From Chiloscyllium plagiosum (taxonomy: Eukaryota), in contig NC_057728.1 in NCBI RefSeq assembly GCF_004010195.1, forward strand, positions 43,055,040 through 43,108,386: a DNA stretch of 53,347 nt, in the 5' to 3' direction. Both the position numbers and the translations under genes were made by a program. The notes below the pieces were generated by a model that made no database searches, was not told the origin of the DNA, and saw only the letters and a list, made by a program, of their open reading frames with translations. This document shows positions 12,560 through 24,752 of this stretch, piece after piece. The stretch's first letter is position 1, and every line of letters starts with the position of its first letter.

Positions 12560-13620
12560 GGTTATAGTTAGATATACATCTCCAATATGAAATGGAGACT
12601 TGGGTAATGTTCCTTGATATCAAAGTATCATTTGACCAAGTGTGACATTAAGGAATCCTGGCAAAGCCTGAAGTCAATGGGAAATGGGGGAATACGATCC
12701 ACTGGCTGGAGTCACAGCCAACACGAAGGAAGGTAGTTGTGGCTGTTGAAGGTTAATCCTCTCAATCCCTGAACATCACTGCAGGATTTCTTCAAGGTAA
12801 CATACCAAGTTCAAACATTTTTATCTACTTCATTGACAATCTTCCCTCCATTAGGTCGAAACTGCGCATATATATTGGTGATTACACAATGTCCAACTCC
12901 ATTTGCAACTCAGCAGACACTGAAGAGGTCCTAATCTATATGTAGCAAGACCTGCACAACATCAAGGTTGCAATCAATATTCACATGACAAAAAACAGCA
13001 AAGGACATTTCCGATGAGAGAATCTATCCATTCTTTTCTAATATTTAATGGCATTACCACTGCTAAATTCCTTACCATCAACATCCTGGGGATCAGCGTT
13101 CATCAGAAACGTAACTGGACCTACCACATAAGTACTATGGCTCCAACAGCAAGTTAGAGGCTAGATAGTCTTAGCCAATTAATTTAGTTCCTGACTTCCC
13201 AAAATCTCTGCACTATCAATAAAACAGATGTCAGGAGTATAACAAAATAAGCTCCACTTGCTTGAATGAATACAGCTCCAACAGGACAAAGCATCTTGCA
13301 TGGTCGGTACCCCATTCACCAGCTTAAATAGTCACTCCCTCTACCACCAGCTTAAATAGTCACTCCCTCTACCAACAGTGTACACAATAAACAAGATGCT
13401 CTGCAATGACTGACCAAGATTTCCTCCTTCAAAAGCACCTTCCAAATTTGTGAGAATGACCAACTAGAAGGACAAGAACAGCAGGTGGGTGGCAGTACCA
13501 TAACTTCTATGTTTTCTCCAAGCCACATACCCTCATCACTTAAAACTACATGGCTCTTCTTTCACTGTCATTGGACCAAAATTGTGGAACTTTCTTCCTC
13601 ATAGTAATGAATGTGTATTA
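12560..13620 (+). mobile_element. Old CR1/L2-clade LINE RT and 3' fragment
   Basis: Degenerate LDIK..FDQV, G..QG, F..FI..LP and .DD motifs; contains a 28-bp tandem duplication at 13317-13372. Confidence 0.65.
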
Positions 13621-13805
13621 ACATCACACTGAACACAGGATCAGCAGCCCTTCAAGTTTGCTGTGCCATTCTAAATAATGGTTACTCCCTCACCTTAACA
13701 ACCTTCTGATCTTTCCAAGAACATTACCTTGAGGAACCCCTGAAGCAATGTCCTGGGACTTCCCTCGGTTTACAGCAATAAAAAAAACACCATTTTCCAG
13801 CCCCT

Positions 13806-13913
13806 TTCAGTTCTGAAGAGGAGTCATATTGAACTCATAACATTCCTCTTTTACTCTGTCCAAAGGTCGTGCTAGACTTGCTGAGTTTATTCAGCAATTT
13901 GTTTTTATTTCAG
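13806..13913 (+). mobile_element. Degenerate Penelope-like 3' end with decayed hammerhead (family 2)
   Basis: cagttCTGAAGAggagtcatattgaactcataac (GAAAC decayed), followed by ..gacttgctgagtttattcagcaatttgtttttatttcag, a tail shared with 38826-38890 (reverse) and 49870-49946. Confidence 0.55.
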
Positions 13914-13959
13914 TTCTGTTGAGAGGTATGTCTCTAACCAATGAAATGTTTACCTCCTG

Positions 13960-14650
13960 ATTCCTAAAGAATTTGCCATAAGTTGTCAAAATCTAACTTG
14001 ATGTCCAGGTCAGTCATTCGTCTCTACTTGTACTCGGCTCATTTTCCCATATTCGGACAAAGGCTGTAAAGAGACCAGGAACCTGGAATAACTCAATTTG
14101 AGTATCAATGAGCAGATTATTTCTTCTGTGGAAGTGTTACTTATTAGCACAACTGGGAGAAGAATGATGGTGTAGTGATTAGATTCCTCCTGCTTTTTTG
14201 TAGTTGAGATATAGCTGACCAATTGTTTTGGGGGTAAATGCCTGCATTGTAGCTGTACTGAAATAGCTTGGCAGCAGCACAGCAAATTCTGGAGTGCAAA
14301 TCCTAGTTACTATTGGCAGAATATTGTCATGGCTTGGAGTCTCTGCAATATCTTTCAGGTGTTCATTAATATCATCTGAACCAAACAGATTTGGCTGTAA
14401 AATGGCATCTGTGATGTTGAGGAGTTCAGGAGAAGGCCAGGTTGGAACATCCACTGAGCATTTTACTGAAGGTGGATGTAAATGCTTCTGCTTGGCCTTT
14501 TGCACTGATATGCTGGGCTCCTCCCCCAAGGTGGATGGGGATATTTGTGAAGCCTTCTCTTCCGCAGTTTTTCTTAACTACTATCATTTTCTGGATGTCG
14601 CATGACTGCAGAACTTTGATTGGATGTGTTGTGGGATTGCTTAGCTCCCA
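13960..14650 (-). mobile_element. Old CR1/L2-clade LINE fragment (pre-RT region)
   Basis: ORF 14179-14529 contains DNILPIVTRICTPEFAVLL, similar to the PDNIP..VLK.CAPELA.PL motif. Confidence 0.6.
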
Positions 14651-14654
14651 CCAT

Positions 14655-14960
14655 GGGTGGCACAGTGGTTCAGTGGTTAGCACTACAGTCTCCCAGCACC
14701 AGGAACCTGGGTTCGATTCCAGCCTTGGGCAATTATCAGTGTGGAGGTTGCCCATGTCTGTGTGAGTTTCCTCTGGGTGCTCTGGTTTCTCCCACCGTCC
14801 AAGGTTGTGCAGGTCAGGTGGATTGGCCATGTTAAATTGCCCATAGTGTCAGGTGCATTAGTCAGAGCGGAATGGGTCTGGGTGGGTTACTCTTCAGAAA
14901 GTTGGTATGGACTGGTTGGGCCAAATGGCCTGTTTCCACACTGTTGGGAATCTAATCTAA
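14655..14960 (+). mobile_element. HE1-type SINE
   Basis: ggtggcacagtggttcagtggttagcac...gggttcgattcc head; ends ggcctgtttccacactg..aatctaatctaa. Confidence 0.88.
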
Positions 14961-15405
14961 ACTCTTAGATCTATTATTAAAATTTGTCTATGGCAGGTCT
15001 TGTTTTGGTAAATGAGGTCCTTTGCTCCACTGGAATTATACAACAATTTACAATCTAAAAGCTATACACAATTAAAAAGTTATTATTTGCGGTTACTGCA
15101 ACACATTTCAGGAAGTTGTATGAATGCTCGACAAGATGAATATTTCAGTACAAATATAAAAAAAGAATAAATGAAATAATTTAACTCACAAGTAAAATTA
15201 TTCAAGCTATCACCAAAGTAATGTCTGTAGTATAAATTATCATTTACACCTAACCATCCAAGTAATTACATTTATTCGAGTTAATTGCTTCATTTTAACA
15301 ATTACTGGATGCTCAAATAAAGGTAATTGCCTGCTTGATAAGTCAATCTATTCTAAAGCGCTGAATGTATTTTGCTTTACTATAATGGGCCATATTAATT
15401 TATAT

Positions 15406-16054
15406 GGGGCAGGATTTTAATTCAACCGTGGGTTGGTTGGCAGGCATCCACCCAAAGGATGTAAATTTGGCATGGATACCTTTCCCAGTGCCTACTCACC
15501 TGTTCCAATGACATTCCAATATTAAGGGTGGCAGGCAGCCCACCCATTCTGGGTCAGTTAACTGGCCACAGAAGTGGAGGTCGCAAAGTTTGAAGTTTCG
15601 CAGGTGTCACTCTGCAGGATATATATGGGAAAAGGGTTCAAAAGTCTCCTTTAAAGGCTTCCTCCAGCTCTAGCGCCTGACCTATTCTACCATTACCTTC
15701 CCCTCCAAACCCTTTGCTCTTTGCACTCCAACTCTTCTCCCAGTCACTTCTGATCAGCCCTTGTCACAGCCCCTCAGTTACCTCTCCATCCAGATTGATT
15801 GGTAATCTTAATTGAGGTTGGGTTCAGACCCAACGGTGGCCATCACTCTTGGTGTCATTGCTGGGATTATGAACTTGTTAGCCATATGATTGGCTGGCAG
15901 ATATTATAGGCAAGACTTTGAGGGGGACTTGAAATCTTATCCTGAGCCAATTAATGTCACTGTAATTGTTAAATGGCAATGGAGCAACTCGCCACAGTGA
16001 ACATATCAATGTTTTAACTGGCGTCAGACCCTGTCGAGATGCAAAATCCTACAA
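15406..16054. mobile_element. Possible degenerate MITE / non-autonomous DNA transposon
   Basis: GC-richer block bounded by imperfect inverted ends ggggcaggatttt ... aaaatcctac. Confidence 0.35.
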
Positions 16055-16876
16055 GTAGTTGTATTTGACAACTGTACTAAATCATGACCTAACATATTTT
16101 GAATGAATTGCAATTAAATCAAAATTGCAGTTCTGGACTCCTGACTCACATCAAATCATCACTGTGATACCGTAGTAAGGTGTTGGATCATGAATCTCTT
16201 ATCTGTTTATCCCTAAAAAAAAGTCAATGCCAGTTAAAAGCATGCAAGATAATTACAATTCACACCATGATCAGTGACTTGAACTTAAGCTAATAATTAA
16301 TGTTTAAAAGAAAGTTTGCATTGTGATAAATTAGTGACGATAAATTGCAATTTTTACAGATGTAGCAAATCATTTACAAAAAACTACTATGAATCCACAA
16401 CCCCAAAACTGGCTGGCCCAATTAGGCCACACCAGTACTAAATATTCCACAGAACACCTCACTCTAATTATTTATTCCATTCTGCCCCGTATTCTCCTGC
16501 TGCTTCTATCCCACATATGCCATCTACTGTGCCTATGCCCCATAACCATTGACCTGTCCACATTTGCAGATGAACCGAAACAATCTGGGCAATTTGAAAA
16601 GAGCATGGAATTTCTTATGTTCTGCCCAATATTAACTCCTCACACAGTTTTACAGAAGCAATTTATTCATCTGTTAATGCACTTCTGATGGTTGGAAATT
16701 CCTGCATGCAACCTACTGTATTTCCCTCTTAGGGCTGTGACTACCTTTTATAAAGCATTTTGTGGTGCAATGTAAATGCAAACAGTTTATTTGTGATTCC
16801 AACTCTGTCACATATAATAATCACTCAAATTATTTGAGAACACATGGGTAGAGAAGAATAAATGATTAGAGTAAAT

Positions 16877-17175
16877 GGCGGCTCAGTGGTTAGCACTGCC
16901 GCCTCACAGTGCCAGGGATGCAGGGTTTAATTCCAGCCTCAGATGACTGCCTATATGGTATTTGCACATTCTCACCATGTCTATGCGGGTTTCCTCTCAC
17001 AATCCAAAGATATGCAGTTCAGGTGAACTGGCCATGCTAAATTGTCCATAGTGTTCAGGGATGTGTAGGTTAGGTGCATTAGTAATACTGGAATGGGTCT
17101 GGGTAGGATATTCTTTGGAGGGTTGGTGTGGATTTGCTGGGCTTAAGAGCCTATTTCCACATTGTAGGGATTCTA
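16877..17175 (+). mobile_element. HE1-type SINE
   Basis: ggctcagtggttagcactgcc head, conserved ggccatgctaaattg core, tgtagggattcta end. Confidence 0.85.
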
Positions 17176-17189
17176 AGTTAAATAGAGTG

Positions 17190-17620
17190 AGAGGTCATGT
17201 GGAATATTTTAGACAAGAGTTGTGGAAGGGTAAGTACATTTTTACAGAGGGAATGATAATATCCTGGATTTTGCTGCCTGAGAGGATGGTGAAAGCAGAA
17301 GCCATGATTTCTAACAGGAAATTGGATAAATAATTGAAAGAAATAAACTGCAGGGTTACAGGGATTGAACAGGGCAAAGTGTGACCAACTGGTTTAATCA
17401 AAGATGGGCTGACAGGGATTTAATGGGCAGAATGGCCATCTCATGTGCTGGGAAGGAATATGACTACAGTAGGAATTTACAAAAAGCCCAGATCATGGAG
17501 CTGTACAGCTTGGAAACAAATTCTTTGGTCCAACTCATCCATACCGCCCAAACATCCTAAATTAACTTAGTCCCATTTGCCAGCATTTGGCCCATATCCC
17601 TCTACACCCTTTGTATTTAT
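17190..17620. mobile_element. Two CR1 3'-end remnants, tail to tail (+ 17190-17450; - 17490-17620)
   Basis: FT...I..W..LP motif and 3'UTR on +; the - piece matches the 3'UTR at 8220-8350. Confidence 0.65.
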
Positions 17621-17929
17621 ATCATTGATCACTCAGAGACTAAGACAAATGGGGTACCTGGATGACTGCTAAGGTTAATCTACACCCAGAGTCTTCTGCT
17701 GCAAATAAATTGAATACCACAAGCAATTGAGTTTGAGGAGCTGTTGGCTCTGGATTTCCTCCACTTGTACTTTCTTTCTGCCTCTGATATACATTTGCTT
17801 TCAAAAGGAGGCCATACCTTTTTTTATTTGGTTGTGCTTGGAGCAGAAATCTTGGGTAAGCTACTCTCAGGATACAAAGTCAAGATCAAAGGTTCCAGTG
17901 AAACCTTAGGAGTGTCCATCTAGTGCTTC

Positions 17930-18590
17930 CTTTAATGGTCTTGAGTGAGCGTCCCAGACAAAATTCACTTTGTTAGACAACTGTCAGGCATTCTGGCTAC
18001 ATGACCAGCCCATTTCAATTATGACTGTCTCAATATGGTGTTGATGCTTGGGATGCCAACTTGGAAAATCAACTATGTTTGGCACTTTGTCCATCTGATC
18101 TAGAAGCCTCTGAAGGTAGTTCAAATAAAAGCTGTTGAACATCTTGGCATGTTTGGTCGACAATCTAAGTCTCATATTGCCTTGAGCAGAGTAGGCAGGA
18201 CTACTGTCAACAGATATGCAGCTTGGGAGGCAGACTTACTTCTCCTCATTCACAGACTGCTGTTTGAAGCCTGTCAAAGGTTTTGGCAATTCTTACATGT
18301 GTCTTGTGGTTAGAGACAGTACAAAAACTTGAGTGTGTTGCTGAGATTAGTGAAGTTATCCATTGCTAGCAAGTTCTGGTTATGAACTGAAAACGCGGGT
18401 TTGAAATAGGAATTTTCTCAAGCAGGCTGGTATATTGCTTGAACTTTCTTTGTGCTGGTCATAAAGATGAAATTGCCAGATGTATTGGAGAACTGTCTAT
18501 ACTACATTGCACAATCAGCTTTGAAGAGGTAGTTAGTGCACAGTTATTGGTAAACAGGAACTCATGTACAGTAGTTTGTCCATAGAGACC
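17930..18590 (-). mobile_element. RTE-clade LINE 3' fragment
   Basis: Minus strand encodes LKWAGHVARMPD (RTE WAGHV.RM motif) near 17980-18020; similar to 48690-48760. Confidence 0.65.
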
Positions 18591-19547
18591 TTGGCCTTTG
18601 CCTCTCTCTCTTTGCTCCATCTGTACTTCTCTTGTTTACTACAAACCTCAATCATAATCTAGATTATACATTAACATCATGGACATGAGACTTTGAGTAC
18701 TGCTTCTATTTAAACATGCCATGTTTTCCCCATAAAATCTGGATCCAAAGCCATTTTCCAATCTACAACTGAGTGCATGATGTACAGAATTTATATATTT
18801 CATACACCAAAACATTGCAAATCATTTTTAGAGTCATACCTATGAAGCACTATCCGCATACAAAGTGAATGCTGATTTTCATAGAGAGTCCCATTTATGC
18901 AGTTATTTGGACAGATCACTGGACCGTACTTTTTCAAAAATTTTGTCCCTGTCCTAAATAAGGTATCACGATTTTATTCCAGTTGAGACTTTAAAAAAAC
19001 ACTAAGATTGATTTCAGAGTACAAAATAATTTCTCCATAACAGAATCCAAATGAAAAAGTAAATGTGTTGATGGATTTTAAATGTTAATCAAGTATTAGA
19101 GGTGCTTCAGAATGCTTGTTGCTTTGAAAATTCAATTTCAATTGTGCTTCAGGGGCTCTCCCACTGAGCTCATTGTTGGTGCATTTACTGATTAGCAATG
19201 TACAGTGGATGACTTGTACCATTAACAAACATAAGCACTTGCAGTGCACTTGGACTCTGACGCTATTGTTAGTTCATATTTTATTTGCCTTCTCTTTGAA
19301 TTAAGAGTACTCTTTCAGGTATTTTAAACTCTTTGAATCATTAATTTATTACCTGAATTACTTACAAGCACCATTCTTGAGCATTAAAATGCAGTTTAAA
19401 AAGAAAATGAATTTGGAGGGAAAACAAAATCACAGGATCTATAAGTAAACGCATGATGTCCGTGAAACTATTGATTATTGTTGAAAATACCCATTTGGTT
19501 CACTAATATCCTTTCGGGAACATCACTAGTCACAGATCTGTAGTTAA

Positions 19548-19775
19548 AAAATACCCTTCTCTGTTTTCTATGACCAAGCCAGTTTTGTATCCATCTTACC
19601 AGCATACAATGGATTCCCATGTGACTTCACCTTCACTATCAGCGTCCCAGGAGGGACATTGTCAAAGGCCTTGCTAAAGTCCATGAAGACAATATCCACC
19701 ACTCTGCCCTCTTAAATAGTCTTTATCACTTCCTCAAAAAAACGCAATCAAGTTTGTGAAACAAGACTTCCCCTG
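19548..19775 (-). mobile_element. CR1 RT fragment
   Basis: Minus strand encodes TNLI.FFEEV...VDIVFMDFSKAFD.VP. Confidence 0.8.
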
Positions 19776-19802
19776 CTGTACTACTATTGCTTTGGTGTTC
19801 TT

Positions 19803-20852
19803 ATCCAACCCCTCACACAGACTGCTTACCTCCAGCCCCTCACACAGACCGCTTACCCCCAGCCCCTCACACAGACCGCTTACCCCCAGCCCCTCTGCTT
19901 ACATCCAGCCCCTCACACAGACCACTTACATCCAGCCCCTCACAGAGACCGCTTACGTCCAGCACCTCACACAGACTGCTTACATCCAGCCCCTCACACA
20001 GACCACTTACATCCAGCCCCTCACAGAGACCGCTTACGTCCAGCACCTCACACAGACTGCTTACATCCAGCCCCTCACACAGACCACTTACATCCAGCCC
20101 CTCACAGAGACCGCTTACGTCCAGCACCTCACACAGACTGCTTACATCCAGCCCCTCACACAGACCACTTACATCCAGCCCCTCACAGAGACCGCTTACG
20201 TCCAGCACCTCACACAGACTGCTTACATCCAGCCCCTCACACAGACCACTTACATCCAGCCCCTCACAGAGACCGCTTACGTCCAGCACCTCACACAGAC
20301 TGCTTACATCCAGCCCCTCACACAGACCACTTACATCCAGCCCCTCACAGAGACCGCTTCCGTCCAACCCCTCACACAGACCGCTTGCCTCCAACCCCTC
20401 ACACAGACCACTTACATCCAGCCCCTCACAGAGACCGCTTCCGTCCAACCCCTCACACAGACCGCTTGCCTCCAACCCCTCACACAGACCACTTACATCC
20501 AGCCCCTCACAGAGACCGCTTCCGTCCAACCCCTCACACAGACCGCTTGCCTCCAACCCCTCACACAGACCACTTACATCCAGCCCCTCACAGAGACCGC
20601 TTCCGTCCAACCCCTCACACAGACCGCTTGCCTCCAACCCCTCACACAGACCACTTACATCCAGCCCCTCACAGAGACCGCTTCCGTCCAACCCCTCACA
20701 CAGACCGCTTGCGTCCAACCCCTCACACAGACCACTTACATCCAGCCCCTCACAGAGACCGCTTACGTCCAGCACCTCACACAGACTGCTTACATCCAGC
20801 CCCTCACACAGACCACTTACATCCAGCCCCTCACATAGACTGCTTACATCCA
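19803..20852. repeat. 27-bp minisatellite (about 39 units) with 81-bp higher-order repeats
   Basis: Unit TCCAGCCCCTCACACAGACCACTTACA and variants; trimer A x5, trimer B x5, then A again. Confidence 0.97.
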
Positions 20853-21270
20853 TCTCCATAAAATTGGCTGACTCCGCCCCTACCAAAGCTTGCTTGTTTT
20901 TGAAATCATCCATGTCTTGGTTAGCTCTAGACTGGATTATTTTAATGGACGACTGCCCAATTTTCATCAACATAAACATGATCATGACAAACTTTGTCCA
21001 ATACGGATTGGAAAGTCACATGCACCCATCACTCATTTACTTGCATTAGCTCCCAGTGAGTTAAGACTTTGATTTTAAAGTTCTCATTCTTCCTTTCAAG
21101 CCTTTTTACAGCCTCAAGTTCCCATCTCAGTAATAACTTCCAGCTTTAGAACCCTCATAATTGTTGAGCTATTGTAATTTTATCTCTTGTGCATCTCAAG
21201 ACATAAATCACAAACATTACTGGGCAATTTTGTCTTCAAATGCCTCATCCTTAACTTGTAAAATTCCTTT
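20853..21270 (+). mobile_element. L2 LINE 3' fragment
   Basis: IIHVLVSSRLDYFNG...HAPITHLL matches the L2 IHA.V.SRLDY.N / HITP.L motifs. Confidence 0.7.
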
Positions 21271-21518
21271 CTATCTCTCTCTAAAAGGTGTTCCTTCCAA
21301 ACTATGTAATCTACCCTAATATTTTATATGATATTGTACTTTGCTCATCAGAGCTTGAGGGGTAACGTTATAGAGATTTATAAAATCATGAGGTTCTATC
21401 TCTCTCTAAAAGGTGTTCCTTCCAAACTATGTAATCTACCCTAATATTTTATATGATATTGTACTTTGCTCATCAGAGGTTGAGGGGTAATGTTATAGAG
21501 ATTTATAAAATCATGAGG
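21269..21518. repeat. 125-bp tandem duplication
   Basis: 21269-21393 and 21394-21518 are near identical (about 2 differences). Confidence 0.95.
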
Positions 21519-21828
21519 GGCACAGATAAGGTGAACAGCAAAGCTCTTTTCCAGAGGGCAGGTGACTCCAAAACCAAAGGGCATAATTTTAAGGTGGAAG
21601 GAGAAAGATTTACACAGAGGGTGGTATGTTTGCACAATGAATAAGTGATAGACGCAGGTACAATTACAACATTTCATAGACATTTGGAAAGGTACATGAA
21701 TAGGAAAGGTTTAGAGGGATATGAGCCAAAAGCAGGTAAATGGGACTAGTTTAGTTTGAGAAATCTGGTCCGCATGGATGAGTTGGACTGGAGGGTCCGT
21801 TTCTGTGCTGTATGATTCCATGACTTTG
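21470..21828 (+). mobile_element. CR1 3' fragment
   Basis: RLRGNVIEIYKIMRG...TKGHNFKV.GERF plus 3'UTR and tail. Confidence 0.9.
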
Positions 21829-22759
21829 TACTTTTTCAACTTTTGAATGGCATTTTCAAATTCATTCTGAACCGGAGGTATTGTCAAGACAGTCAGATCA
21901 GATACTGAGGAACAGAATTGTGGATTTTTAAGTTGAAAACAGTTTTAATCTAGGAGTTCTTCACAATATCCTCTCCAACAAAAGACAATGGTCTCCTTGC
22001 CCTTAAAGAGTTCCACTTCTTGTTTGCCTGAATTGGAGGGGACCTTTGTGTGTTTGTGCCATAGATCATTTGATAGCCAGGAAGAAATCACGCATGCCAC
22101 TGTGTTGCACAAATGTAGGATCTCCCATGCTCTTCCTATCCATCATTTGTTTTTAATTTTGCAAGTTTTATGCTATAATGTTGCTGTCAGCCAACTGTCA
22201 AAGTGTTCTTTTCCTCAAGATGTAATGAACCATTCAGTCCACAGTTGCTTTGTGTTTACACTCAATGAGATTCTCTCTCAATATTTTCATTCAAACAGAC
22301 ATGATGTTAAAAGACCTTTTCATAGATGCTTTTAATGTGGCCTTTAGACTTGACAAAGCACTAGGGGCACACTGCAGCTCCTGTTGGATGGAGGTTGGCC
22401 ATGAGACTTGAATGAGAAGACCACCTTAGTGGATTATTTGAGGCCTTCAATGTTAATATTCTAACATCCCTGCTTCTGGCTCAAAGATTGGTGTGGATGC
22501 AATGGGATCTCATTCCTCGGCAATGATACCAGTGAAAGAAAGCTGTTCCAGTGTGAAGGCTTCACTAGAACCATGCTGGGATTAATATCCTGGTGAACTA
22601 AATAACTAGGGCTGTTAAGGTAGACTGACACACAATGAAGTTAAGGATAAGGTATTATTACAGCTAGTTAAGTGATAATATAGCATGGGAGAGGAGGAGA
22701 CAGTGTACAAGCATAAAAAATCCCAGTATTAGGGTTAAGGGAGAAGAAAAAATTAAAAA

Positions 22760-23170
22760 GGCAAAATTAGTGGCTCATTACTTGAATAGATATAGTATAT
22801 ATAGTATATATATGGAACAAAATAAATGAATTAACAGCATGAATATTGGTTCATGGCTATGATCTGAAATCCATTAGATAGACATGGTGAAATGCAATCA
22901 ATTTTGGGAAATAATTATTCAGGCATATGTGATTATTTCAAATAACTAAACAGTCTAGGGGCAAGAAGGGAAGAGAAAATAAATGCAATAATGATAGTAG
23001 AGAAAAATTAGTAGAGAAATTAATGGGGCTAAAGACCATAAGTTCCATGTACCTGATGGGATACATTGTAGGATTTGAAAATAGTACCTACAGAGATTGT
23101 ACAGGGCATTGACAGTGGTTTTTCAAGAATCCTTAGATTCCAGAAATGTAACATCTTTATTTAAATAGAA
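22760..23170 (+). mobile_element. Highly degraded CR1 EN/linker fragments
   Basis: NKINEL...YDL..I..TW and KT.SS..PDG.H-like remnants. Confidence 0.45.
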
Positions 23171-23624
23171 ACGACAAAAACCAGGTAGCACATAAACTGG
23201 ACAATGTGGACACCTCTGTGATCCCGTAATGGTGTGTTACTCGAGGAATTCCCAGTCTTTGTTCCATGAGGTTTGTGTGAGGTCTTGTGCTTCTTTCACT
23301 GGCAGAATGTGGTGTTGGTTATGACATGGTATTCTTTATAGATGTATCATTAAGATAACTGATAAGAGTTTGCTTTCTTTATTCCTCTCTTGCCCATTTC
23401 ATCTTTCCAGAAAGTTGTGCTCATTGCCAATAGGTTTCAGGATTCCATGTTCAAAAAATTGCAATTTTTACACTGCTAAAGGAAGAAACTTGAGGTTGAG
23501 AATATAAGGTGGAGGAAATTTTGTTTAAGCTGTAAAAAGGTTTGAGCACATCTGAACCGTACACAGCTCTGGATATTGCATATTAGAAAGGGCTGTTAAA
23601 ACATCTGTCAAGAACTTACTTCAT

Positions 23625-23830
23625 GTGCTGAAGTTCTCCTAGTGCCTTGGCCATTAGTTATCCCTCAACCAATAACCAAATAACAATAAGTTCATTATTT
23701 ATATTACTACTAGTTTGCTGTGCGCAGTTTGGCTGCTCTTGTTATCATTTTAAAAATAGAGTGAATATTACAAAGTTTTTGCAAAATTGTATGGTCATGA
23801 AACCTGCCACATAAATGCAAGTCTTTTTCT
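23625..23830 (+). mobile_element. DeuSINE/SacSINE1-like 3' part
   Basis: gttctcctagtgccttggcc..ttatccctcaacca...tttgctgtgcgcagtttggctgct...ataaatgcaagtcttt; reverse-similar to 45690-46060. Confidence 0.55.
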
Positions 23831-23858
23831 ATTTGCAATAGGATAATGACTTCCATAC

Positions 23859-23977
23859 CTCTCTGACAGCAGTACAAAATTCACTCTGTAAAACTCTCTG
23901 TAAAGACTGGAGTTTGTGGATTGGCACTGCTCCACTTTCTTGAAGCTTCTCCAGCAATTCAATAGCTCGAGCCACAT
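23859..23977 (-). CDS. LIN7A: LIN7A coding exon 2 (L27 domain)
   Basis: 119-nt exon between a pyrimidine tract/AG acceptor (tttctcttctcag) and a GTATGG donor. With the G from exon 1 it encodes [55 protein letters not shown] and FCTA match LIN7A rather than LIN7B/C. Confidence 0.95.
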
Positions 23978-24264
23978 CTGAGAAGAGAAATACGCAAAAA
24001 ATAAATGGCTTTTATTTCTATTTAGAATGAGCAGATAAGACATTAACTTGTATTTAAAGTTTTAAAAGTCCTCCTCCTGAATAACAATAGAATATCAATT
24101 TAAATAACATGGAGTCACTCAAAATCACACTGGAATTAAAAGTGCAAAATGTACTTTAATTTTATAGTTGGGCAACCAAGTTTTTCAGATTATGAAAGAA
24201 TTGATCAGAGTCCATTAAGGATTGCGCAATCTGTAACAAAGTCTTTCATGGTTTGTGTTAATAT

Positions 24265-24752
24265 GATTTGATTAGATTCCCTACAACATAAAAACAGGCC
24301 CTTCGGCCCAACCAGTCCACACCAACCCTCCGAAGAGTAACCCACCCAGGTCAATTGCCAATTGGCCATGCTAAATTGCCCTTAGTGTTAGGTAATAAGG
24401 GGTAAATGTAGGGGTATGGGTGGGTTGCACTTCGGCGGGTCGGTGTGGACTTGTTGGGCCGAAGGGCCTGTTTCCACACTGTAAGTAATCTAATCTAATA
24501 AAAACAGGCCCTTCGGCCCAACCAGTCCACACCAACCCTCTGAAGAGTAACCCACCCAGGTCCATTGCCCCTCTGACTAATGCACCTAACACTATAGGCA
24601 ATTTAGCATGGCCAATGCACATCTTTGGACTGTGGGCGGAAACTGGAGTACCCGGAGGAAACCCACACAGATAGTCACCCGAGGCTGGAATTGAACCTGG
24701 GACCCTGATGCTGTCAGACAGCAGTGCTAACCACTGAGCCACTGTGCTGCCC
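24265..24752 (-). mobile_element. HE1 SINE (-) with a nested inverted HE1 3' fragment (+, 24360-24497)
   Basis: Head at 24752, tail at 24265. The insert ends in (TCTAA)n and is flanked by a 72-bp direct repeat (24288-24359 / 24498-24569). Confidence 0.88.

Noticed and set aside
14655..14725. tRNA genes at SINE heads (also about 7100-7172, 16877 and 24680-24752)
   Set aside because: A/B boxes continue into SINE body and LINE-derived tail; no complete cloverleaf.
19803..20852. CRISPR-like array
   Set aside because: Contiguous tandem units with no unique spacers; eukaryotic context.
19756..21049. Long ORFs (360, 420, 372 and 158 aa) resembling mucin/repeat proteins
   Set aside because: All are translations of the 27-bp minisatellite, open in several frames on both strands; no supporting gene structure.
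1..23858. LIN7A exon 3 (expected about 72 nt, VY..MHETI...ATAK)
   Set aside because: No match found by eye; probably beyond the left edge. A tBLASTn would settle it.
23795..24043. 82-aa ORF as a gene
   Set aside because: It is the wrong frame across LIN7A exon 2; the true frame comes from splicing.
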